From an uncultured virus (IMG/VR IMGVR_UViG_3300018065_000015) (taxonomy: Duplodnaviria; Heunggongvirae; Uroviricota; Caudoviricetes), in the IMG/VR virus record IMGVR_UViG_3300018065_000015, positions 57,677 to 77,676 of that record: a DNA stretch of 20,000 nucleotides, one strand, 5' to 3'. Below are positions 1-6,993 of the stretch, piece by piece. Positions within the stretch are counted from its first letter, which is position 1; every line of letters begins with the position of its first letter. The notes under the pieces were generated by a model that was given only the letters and a program-made list of their open reading frames with translations, searched no databases and was not told the origin of the DNA. The translations under genes and the position numbers were made by a program.

Positions 1-2
1 CA

Positions 3-218
3 GTAAACTCTACGTTCGCAGGTCAGGTGGGTGTCCTCATTCTGGACGAGCCCACTGCCGGCCTTGACGAACACAACCTCGGCTGTCTACCGCACGCCCT
101 GGAACGTCTGCAGGTACTATCTGCAGAGCGTGGACTCCAGGTTTTGTTCGTCACGCACGAACCGCGGATTCAGCACCTGTTTGACAACGTCATTACGTTA
201 CGAGCCCATGAAAACTGA
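3..218 (+). CDS. SbcC/Rad50-like ABC ATPase, C-terminal end (5' truncated by window)
   Basis: Frame open from window start: ...GQVGVLILDEPTAGLDEHN...LQVLFVTH, i.e. Walker B (ILDEPT), D-loop (GLD) and H-switch (VTH) at the very end of the protein. In a phage replication context this fits an SbcC/gp46-type recombination nuclease subunit. Confidence 0.8.
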   Translation, partial: VNSTFAGQVGVLILDEPTAGLDEHNLGCLPHALERLQVLSAERGLQVLFVTHEPRIQHLFDNVITLRAHEN

Positions 219-1248
219 TTCGCAGATCCTTAAGCTGCATGTTGCTCACAAGCAAGTGTGGTATTTGGATGGCATGGATATAGCACGGACCGATGGCCAC
301 GCGATCGAGGACTTCCTCGATACAAGCCGGCTACAGTGCGCCGAGCGGGTCCGCCTGCTCGGTCTCCATGCCAATGCGAGGCTCATTACGGCGTTGTACG
401 ACCGCAAGCTCAAAGGTCAGCCCTTGGAGATTGAAGTCGCATCGCCGTTGGCGTGCGCGTCTGTTGCGGAGCGTCATAACCCAGAGGCTGTGCTGTATCG
501 CATGCGCCTCTTCGAACGCGCTCCGAGTGTCGGCGGCTTTCATACCGTCACTGAGAACGACTACCGTGCATATGCCCTCGCGGTCGAAACCATGCAGAGC
601 GTCTTTAACAACATGCCAACAACCCAGCAGGCGTTACGACTTCTGCGTGCCCATCCAGCGTGGCGCGCAGTGTCGTTCATCCACAGCGTCAACCCCATGG
701 CTGTCGCTGGCCTGCTCAGCTACATGCTCGATCCGCGGTGGTTCGTTGACCCGTGCTACCCGGACCGTTTGAGTAAGCTGTACATGAGTCTCGGGCTGCA
801 TCCAAAGACGCAGGCTGGGGTGACGTTGGGCGGTGCGCAGCACCGTAACCACAAACGCTGTGCGCTGGTACTGCGTTGCTGGAAAGACAGAACACGTGAG
901 GGCGAGGTGCGCAGCAAGTTCGAAGTCACCGCGCCTGTCGCCGTGACAGGCAGCTCCGAACTCGGGCTCGCACCGTATGACTTCTCGTGGCGTCAGTGGG
1001 GATTGCACATGGGTATCGGCATGGACACCGACATCGAACCCAATCCTGTCAAGGCGGATCTGCGTGCGTCACAACGCTTCGTGGCCTTCCTGAGGCATAC
1101 GTGGCTGGATGCGCTTTATCGCGATTCGAGTGCCTTGCCAGGCGTCAATACCGAACTGTTCCGACCCGGCGATTTCTTCAAGCAACACAAGGAGATCATC
1201 GCTTACCAACAGCACGTGGAAGCGACCGAAGGAGACAGTTACTGCTGA
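208..1248 (+). CDS. Degenerate IS110-transposase/Nop-domain-like protein (346 aa), probably catalytically inactive
   Basis: ATG at 208 overlaps the upstream gene end (the track start at 31 lies inside the SbcC frame). HPAWRAVSFIHSVNPMAVAGLLSYMLDPRWF...SKLYMSLGLHP resembles the IS110 C-terminal pattern L.SIPGIGP..AA.LLAE.GD..RF....L..Y.GL.P. The N-terminus (LKLHV...VRLLG...LITALY...IEVASP) resembles the RuvC-like DEDD domain without its acidic residues. Confidence 0.55.
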   Translation: MKTDSQILKLHVAHKQVWYLDGMDIARTDGHAIEDFLDTSRLQCAERVRLLGLHANARLITALYDRKLKGQPLEIEVASPLACASVAERHNPEAVLYRMRLFERAPSVGGFHTVTENDYRAYALAVETMQSVFNNMPTTQQALRLLRAHPAWRAVSFIHSVNPMAVAGLLSYMLDPRWFVDPCYPDRLSKLYMSLGLHPKTQAGVTLGGAQHRNHKRCALVLRCWKDRTREGEVRSKFEVTAPVAVTGSSELGLAPYDFSWRQWGLHMGIGMDTDIEPNPVKADLRASQRFVAFLRHTWLDALYRDSSALPGVNTELFRPGDFFKQHKEIIAYQQHVEATEGDSYC

Positions 1249-1317
1249 CCGTATCTAGTGGTGTTGAAGTTTCTGACCACAAAATATGGGATTGTCAAAA
1301 CTGCCGGTGTTTATCCG

Positions 1318-1346
1318 TTGACAGGCTCAACAACGGCAGGTAGTAT
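1318..1346 (+). promoter_or_regulatory. Sigma70-type promoter for the RAMP-like gene
   Basis: TTGACA (1318-1323), 17-bp spacer, TAGTAT (1341-1346), lying in an intergenic stretch about 30 nt upstream of RBS AAAAGGAAG and GTG 1378. Confidence 0.8.
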
Positions 1347-1377
1347 GCATACTGCCAACGGGCAAAAGGAAGTTCCC

Positions 1378-1830
1378 GTGATCGAAGTAAGGATACAGCT
1401 GCGGTTCAATCAGCACTCACTCGGAGACCGCCGAACTAAGCAGCTCAACCAGATGCTGCGCGACCCTGACGGCCGTGTAATGTTCATGCCGACCTGGTGG
1501 AAGGCATTGATGCGTTATGCGGCTCAAGTTGTCAATAGACACCACGATGCTGTCAAAGACATCGACTGGGCGCCCGTCATCGAGGGAACTCCAAGGGAGT
1601 ACAAACGATTCTACGCCCCGCAGAAGTTCACACTTCACGAGGCGTTCTTTCCAGGGGACGAGATCATCGTACACGCAGTGCTGCCGACGGAACTTCCTAT
1701 CGACGACTTCAAGGAGTTGCTTGAGGTGGCCGGCAAGTACAGAGGCATCAGTCCCTATCGCAAGGATCAGAAGTACGGCACCTTTGATGTCATTGCTGTG
1801 ACGCGGAGGATCAGGACAAAACCCAAGTAA
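1378..1830 (+). CDS. Stand-alone RAMP superfamily (Cas7/Csm3-like) protein, 150 aa
   Basis: GTG at 1378 follows AAGGAAG and lies downstream of the promoter. Motifs in RAMP order: N-terminal strand IEVRIQLRF..HSLG; RDPDGRVMFMPTWWKALMRYAA (cf. RD..G.P.IPGSS.KG..R..A); HEAFFPGDEIIV (cf. E....G..F); C-terminal G-loop-like LLEVAGKYRGISPYRKDQKYGTFDV (cf. G.G..RS.GYG.F.V). Confidence 0.7.
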   Translation: MIEVRIQLRFNQHSLGDRRTKQLNQMLRDPDGRVMFMPTWWKALMRYAAQVVNRHHDAVKDIDWAPVIEGTPREYKRFYAPQKFTLHEAFFPGDEIIVHAVLPTELPIDDFKELLEVAGKYRGISPYRKDQKYGTFDVIAVTRRIRTKPK

Positions 1831-1833
1831 AAG

Positions 1834-1871
1834 AAAAGGCCCGCTGGTGGCACAGCGAGCCTTTTGTGTTT
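1834..1871 (+). terminator. Intrinsic terminator, possibly bidirectional
   Basis: AAAAGGC-C-CGCTG / loop GTGGCA / CAGCG-A-GCCTTTT followed by GTGTTT. The A-run on the left (AAAAGAAAA) gives a U-tract on the minus strand. Confidence 0.75.
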
Positions 1872-1972
1872 CACGACCTGCAGGGGCATGCGGTCATGGC
1901 GGTATGTTACTGCCAATGATAGCGGACCCTGCGCATGTGGTCAACCCCGTTGGGGGGACCAAAGGACGCAGA

Positions 1973-3514
1973 ATGTCAAAAGTGGCAATGATCCGCAAAA
2001 GCGGACCGTTCATTGCGGTCTCGCAGGACGGCGTAGCTTCGCTCACGCCGAACGAATACCGGATCCTTGAAAACCAGCTCTGGTACACCAAGCTCACGTT
2101 TCACTACGGTGCAGCTGCCTATGACCCCCATACGGGGGATCGGCAGAGCATGTCCGGCGAGCGCCGAAAGCTCTATCAGTACGACAATAACGGACATTTC
2201 ATCTGCCAGCGCGGCTTCTACCCCCGGGTTAGGGGGTTACTTGAGGAAGCCGGGTATACCATCACCTTCGTCGACACGGATCCGCCTGTGGATCCTGTCA
2301 TCTACACGCCCGACTGGGATCGGATCTTCGAACGCTTCCAACTCCGTGCGAAGCAGGACGAGTGTCTCGCCCAGATCGACATGCACGACGGTGGCTATAT
2401 CGATGCGCCTCCAGCGTTCGGTAAGACGCACGTAATGGCCATGGTGAGTTCCATGTACCCGAGGGCCAAGATTGACATCGTGGCCAAGAGAAAGGACGTG
2501 GTGGGCCGTATACGCGATCTCCTGACGCGTTGGGTCCCTAGCGTCGGTATGGTCGGCGGAGGCAAGAAGCAGAAGGGGCGAGTCACGGTCTACACCGCTG
2601 ACAGCTTGCACCACTCTGACTTCGACGCGCATATCATGCTGGCCGACGAAGGGCACGAGTTGATGACAGATCGTCTAGCCAAGCTGCTGGGCAACTATCA
2701 CTACTCTCGCAACTTCGCATTCTCTGCTACCCCGGACACGCGCCTCGACAATGCCCACTTCCGCATGGAGGGCATCTTTGGGCCGTGCGTCTTCAAGATG
2801 TCTCAGCAAGAGGCAGAGCAGGCGGGACTCGTGTCGCCTGTCTTCGTACAGTGGATCGATGTTCGGCTGTCGCACAACCCGATCGCCAACATCAAGACTC
2901 TCGTGGCGCAGAAGCGCAACGGGATCTGGAGGAATCAATACCGCAACCAGGTCATCGCTGAAACCGCTCGGGCGTTCCGAGAGGGCGACGATCAGGTGCT
3001 CATCCTCGTCGACACAGTGGACCATGCATTGCATCTGCGAAAGCTGTTGCCGGAGGCGGCGCTGTGTTACTCTGAAGGTGCTCTCACCGACGGATCGAAG
3101 CGGGCCATGTTCATACGGAACGGTTTGCTCGACGAGGACGAACAGATGACTACGGCGCTGCGCAACAGTCTGCGGCACCAGTTCGAGAACCGTGAAATCA
3201 AGCTGGTCATCGCTACAGGTGTCTGGTCCGTCGGCGTGTCTTTCGATTCGCTGAACGTCTTGATCCGCGCCGATGCCGGCGCCAGCGAAACTACCAACAT
3301 CCAACTGCCCGGCCGCGTGTGTCGAATCGACCCATCGAGCGGCAAGCAGTGTGGCATTCTCATCGACTTCAATGACGTATGGGATACGAAGTTCAAAGGC
3401 CGAGCCGCAGACCGTCGACGCGATTATCACAAACGCGGATGGACGCAGCTGCTGGCTGACGGCAAATTGTGGACCCCAGGCATGAGAGTGAACCGTGTCG
3501 GAACACAGAAATAG
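1973..3514 (+). CDS. Superfamily 2 DNA helicase (UvsW/XPB-like), 513 aa
   Basis: RBS AAAGGA at 1961-1966, ATG 1973. Motif I APPAFGKT, II LADEGH, III SAT, V ATGVWSVGVS, VI QLPGRVCR. Confidence 0.9.
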   Translation: MSKVAMIRKSGPFIAVSQDGVASLTPNEYRILENQLWYTKLTFHYGAAAYDPHTGDRQSMSGERRKLYQYDNNGHFICQRGFYPRVRGLLEEAGYTITFVDTDPPVDPVIYTPDWDRIFERFQLRAKQDECLAQIDMHDGGYIDAPPAFGKTHVMAMVSSMYPRAKIDIVAKRKDVVGRIRDLLTRWVPSVGMVGGGKKQKGRVTVYTADSLHHSDFDAHIMLADEGHELMTDRLAKLLGNYHYSRNFAFSATPDTRLDNAHFRMEGIFGPCVFKMSQQEAEQAGLVSPVFVQWIDVRLSHNPIANIKTLVAQKRNGIWRNQYRNQVIAETARAFREGDDQVLILVDTVDHALHLRKLLPEAALCYSEGALTDGSKRAMFIRNGLLDEDEQMTTALRNSLRHQFENREIKLVIATGVWSVGVSFDSLNVLIRADAGASETTNIQLPGRVCRIDPSSGKQCGILIDFNDVWDTKFKGRAADRRRDYHKRGWTQLLADGKLWTPGMRVNRVGTQK

Positions 3515-4208
3515 CTCGTTGCGTATGCAGCGGCCGCCGCCGGAAGAATACGAGGCGCTGCCGGAACGCAACATGTTCTCCACCAACCCCGCTGGTCACA
3601 TGGCCAGGCGGCTCTACCAAGCGTACAAACGCGAGACATACTGGCGTGCTATGCGCGTGGAGAATGTCAAGCTACCGAACTTCAACACGCGCGAGCTGGG
3701 TGACTGCTGGCCGCGGCTGGCACGCCTCATCATGCAGTCGGGCTGGTCGAATGCCGAGCGGTTCATCCACGTGCAGTTCAAGTACGGGCCGAGCAGCGAG
3801 AAGCTGCAGACGCTCGAGCACGGACCGCTGGTGAACATGCTCACGTCCGAAAAGGCGATGAAGCAGTACACGCAGTACATCGTCCGTGCCGACAGCATGC
3901 TGGTACAGCAGTTGGAGTCTGCCAAACTCGAGTTCAAGTGTGCTAGCGCTGAATGCGCGGGACAGTACCCGCACCTGCCCACCAGGGAGCGCTGGGAACT
4001 TATTCTCATGAATAAAATGTTGGATCTCCCGCCGCTGTTCCGGTACTGCGTGGCCTCTTCCGAGGGGCTCGCCTGTGCCAAGGACTTGTGGGAAGAAGGC
4101 TTTCAGCAGTTCATGTCCGATCCGATCGGGTATACGCGTACGTGGGAAGCGACCATTCCTGCCGAAATGAAAGCCGAAGCCGAAGAACTACTGCAGCTCA
4201 AACTCTAG
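3495..4208 (+). CDS. Hypothetical protein (237 aa; start may be ATG 3525)
   Basis: Long ORF with genome-typical codon usage that fills the gap between the two helicase genes and overlaps the upstream stop. No recognisable motif. Confidence 0.75.
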   Translation: MSEHRNSSLRMQRPPPEEYEALPERNMFSTNPAGHMARRLYQAYKRETYWRAMRVENVKLPNFNTRELGDCWPRLARLIMQSGWSNAERFIHVQFKYGPSSEKLQTLEHGPLVNMLTSEKAMKQYTQYIVRADSMLVQQLESAKLEFKCASAECAGQYPHLPTRERWELILMNKMLDLPPLFRYCVASSEGLACAKDLWEEGFQQFMSDPIGYTRTWEATIPAEMKAEAEELLQLKL

Positions 4209-4219
4209 AAAGGGGCATC

Positions 4220-5875
4220 ATGGAGAACCCTATGGTCAAAGTGGAAGCGCCGGTAGCTCCTGTCAACGAGCCCGGGCAACTCCAGGAAACCAAGAAGGAC
4301 GATATCGATCCCAATCCGATCGACGACTTCTCGATCGAGTTCCTGTTGCTGCACGCTTCTCGTGACCGCGAAGTCTACTATGCTGTGCGTCAGCACCTGG
4401 AGCCTGAGCATCTCGGCTTCCCGCAAGAGCTGCCGTATCGGGTGTACCTGAAGGCGTTGTACGAGTATTTCGACAAGTACAACCGCCTACCCAATCGGCA
4501 GAGCATCTGGATCCGAGTGATCGACGAGCTTAACGCCATGCCAAACCTGCACGCCGATGTGTTCAAGGTGGCAGAGGGCGTGATGGACTGGATCTTCGAC
4601 GAGAACGTCAACCCAATCTCGTCGTTCGAGCCCGACGCCGCGCTGGACATCCTGCGGAAGGTCCTGGTTGACCGCGGCCCCGGCCGCAGGTTGAAGGACG
4701 CCGTCGCCAGAGCGGGCTACAGCCACATCAACGATCTCCCAAAGCTGGTGCTCGCAGCACAGAAGCAGATCGAGGTGATCGAAACTATCGGACGTGTCAA
4801 CGAAGAGGAGACAATACCGATGGAATGGGACCAAGTAGCGCGGCCACGCTGGCCGACTGGCGTGTCGTTTATCGATCGCGCGATGGAAGGCGGTTCCGAG
4901 CCGGGTGACGTCAACGTCATCATCGGAGCCACGGGCGGCGGCAAGACTACACTGTCCATGCAGATGGCGGTGTCGATCGCACGCATCCAGAACCAGATCG
5001 AGATGACCGGAGACGGTGAGCCCGGCCTGGTGGTCTTCATCAGCTACGAGGATAACCGTCGAATGCTACAGATCCGTGCTGCATCCTGTGCGGCGCAGGT
5101 CCCGAAGAACCAGCTGCGCTTCATGCAAGAGCCGCTGAGCACTACGGGCAATCTGAAGAGCTACGAGCAGACCATGTATCGTGCAGCGCCCGCCACTGGT
5201 GAGCTGCTGGGCGAACGTGAGCGCCTGCAAGCTGCCCGTGGGTGGCTCAACAGGTACATGAAGTTCGTCGACTTCCACGACGGTAAGGAAGGCGGCGGAG
5301 GCGGCGTTATGGAGGCACGGCAACGGTTACTCGCCATCCAGGGCAAGTCCGACATACCCATCCGCACCGTGGTGCTGGACTGGGCGGGCCTGATGGTGCG
5401 GAAGCACCTGCTGGAGACGAACCGTCAGGTCGACGGCAGCAACATGGCTGTGATGCTGGGCGGCTTGGTCGCTGAGCTGAAAGAGCAAGTCGCTGCCGAG
5501 TTCAACTGCACTGTATGGCTGCCGCACCAGCTTCGCGGACAGGCGACAGGCAGGTCTCCATCGGTTGCCCCAAACCACAATGAGGCCGAGTGGTGTGCCT
5601 CCTTCGCCAATATGGCGTGGTATGCGTTCTGCATAGGGACCAAGGACAAGCAGCATAATGTCTGCCAGCTGGTCGCTACGAAGACGCGCCACGGTGAAGG
5701 TATGCCTCCGGCGATCGTACGCGTAGACGGCGGGTTTTGCAAGCTGACCGACGTGTCGGACCAGTTTGAGCCGGACCATGTCCGACGACAGATCGTGCCG
5801 CGTGACGATGTTGCGAACTACCACGACAACATCCAAAACGAATCTGACGACTACTGGGACGAGGTCACATCATGA
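4220..5875 (+). CDS. dnaB: DnaB-like (SF4) replicative helicase, 551 aa
   Basis: RBS GAAAGGGG then ATG 4220. PTGVSFIDRAMEGG, Walker A GATGGGKT, FISYED, Walker B VVLDW, PHQL, and KTRHG (arginine-finger region). Confidence 0.88.
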   Translation: MENPMVKVEAPVAPVNEPGQLQETKKDDIDPNPIDDFSIEFLLLHASRDREVYYAVRQHLEPEHLGFPQELPYRVYLKALYEYFDKYNRLPNRQSIWIRVIDELNAMPNLHADVFKVAEGVMDWIFDENVNPISSFEPDAALDILRKVLVDRGPGRRLKDAVARAGYSHINDLPKLVLAAQKQIEVIETIGRVNEEETIPMEWDQVARPRWPTGVSFIDRAMEGGSEPGDVNVIIGATGGGKTTLSMQMAVSIARIQNQIEMTGDGEPGLVVFISYEDNRRMLQIRAASCAAQVPKNQLRFMQEPLSTTGNLKSYEQTMYRAAPATGELLGERERLQAARGWLNRYMKFVDFHDGKEGGGGGVMEARQRLLAIQGKSDIPIRTVVLDWAGLMVRKHLLETNRQVDGSNMAVMLGGLVAELKEQVAAEFNCTVWLPHQLRGQATGRSPSVAPNHNEAEWCASFANMAWYAFCIGTKDKQHNVCQLVATKTRHGEGMPPAIVRVDGGFCKLTDVSDQFEPDHVRRQIVPRDDVANYHDNIQNESDDYWDEVTS

Positions 5876-6993
5876 AATCGGTTACCGGCGTGACCCTGGG
5901 CAACGATGCCGCAGGCGCACACGTCATCAACCCGTTCCTTTACGAGAAGCTCCAGAAACGCTTCGGCGATGTTATCATCGCCAAGCAAGGCGAGCCGATC
6001 TACGGGAACTACACGTATGACGGCAGCGGCTTCAAGTACGACACCCTCGGCGGAGAGTATTATCGCGTCTGCTGCCCGTTCTGCGAGCAGAAGCGCGCGG
6101 TGGATACCAAACACCGACTGTGGATCAGCCATCGCTGGGGCGTCGGCCTCGACGAGGATGACCCGCAGACCAAACTGAAGCCGAACGATCGGTTTTGGTG
6201 GGCGTGGGTGTGCTACAACGAGCATTGCGAAGAGAACCCGGCGAACACCAAACAGTTGCAGACCTGGGTCTACGGCGGTATCGGCCGGGAGCTACACGCG
6301 CCCGCCGTCAAGCTGCAGTTCCACACTGTGCCGATGGCGTCGCTCGGACTCGTCGACTGGCCTGGCCGCTGCTTGCGGGTGGACCAGCTGCGACCGGAGC
6401 ACCACGCATGGCAGTACCTGGCGACCCGCGGCTTTGACCCCGCGGCAGTTGGCCCACGCTACGGCGTGACGTACTGCGAGAGTGGTTCGGCGCGCTTCCC
6501 GATGGCGTTCGGACGGTTGGTGATCCCGATCGTGATGAACGGCGATATGGTTGGCTGGCAAGCCCGCCCGCCATATGAAGCAGACTGGAAGACCACCGCC
6601 AAGTACTACAACTGTCCCGGCATCAACCGGCGACTCATGTTGTACGGCTTCGACATAGCCAGGGCGTATCCGTACTGCGTCATAACCGAGGGCGTCACCG
6701 ACGTGTGGGCTGTCGGCCAGGGGGCGATCTCGCTCCTCGGCAAGCACATATCCCCGCAGCAGGCAGAGCTGATCGCGCAGAACTGGAAAGCAGCCGTGAT
6801 CGCTCTCGACCCTGACGCAATGGACCGAGTCGAGCGTATCCAGCAGCAGCTGGGCAGTATGCCGACGGTGGTCGTGAAACTCCCAGACGGTTGCGATCCA
6901 GCTGACATGGATCAGGATCGCTTCTGGGATCTTGTATGGCAAAGTTCCGTAAACCAGAATGTTGATCTGTTAGGACTACAGAATGATTCCTGA
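5872..6993 (+). CDS. DNA primase (Zn-binding domain plus TOPRIM)
   Basis: ATGA overlap with dnaB. CPFC...CYNEHC zinc motif, YLATRG, GRLVIPI..GWQAR, KYYN, TOPRIM motifs ITEGVTD, ALDPD and DPAD. Confidence 0.9.
   Translation: MKSVTGVTLGNDAAGAHVINPFLYEKLQKRFGDVIIAKQGEPIYGNYTYDGSGFKYDTLGGEYYRVCCPFCEQKRAVDTKHRLWISHRWGVGLDEDDPQTKLKPNDRFWWAWVCYNEHCEENPANTKQLQTWVYGGIGRELHAPAVKLQFHTVPMASLGLVDWPGRCLRVDQLRPEHHAWQYLATRGFDPAAVGPRYGVTYCESGSARFPMAFGRLVIPIVMNGDMVGWQARPPYEADWKTTAKYYNCPGINRRLMLYGFDIARAYPYCVITEGVTDVWAVGQGAISLLGKHISPQQAELIAQNWKAAVIALDPDAMDRVERIQQQLGSMPTVVVKLPDGCDPADMDQDRFWDLVWQSSVNQNVDLLGLQNDS

Noticed and set aside
31..207. ORF-track N-terminal extensions (31, 1258, 1847, 4088, 12988, 16668, 17553, 18608)
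   Set aside because: They overlap upstream genes, promoters or terminators. Downstream starts with an RBS or stop/start coupling are more plausible.
181..210. TTGACA at 181 upstream of the IS110-like gene
   Set aside because: No -10 hexamer at the proper spacing, and it lies within sbcC coding sequence.
208..1248. Active IS110 insertion sequence
   Set aside because: Catalytic acidic residues and the SG serine motif are not evident, no non-coding left end exists, and the gene overlaps sbcC.
1268..1323. Minus-strand TTGACA (1298-1293) forming an inverted pair with the plus-strand -35, suggesting a divergent promoter
   Set aside because: No convincing -10 at 16-18 bp on the minus strand. It could be an operator half-site but is unsupported.
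1249..1972. Canonical CRISPR array, TIGR-like dual-repeat array or short-period (e.g. GGY-NN pentamer) array beside the RAMP and IS110-like genes
   Set aside because: Read both strands by eye and found no run of three or more regularly spaced repeats and no 5-nt periodicity. Only the two imperfect repeats at 1875-1943 are present.
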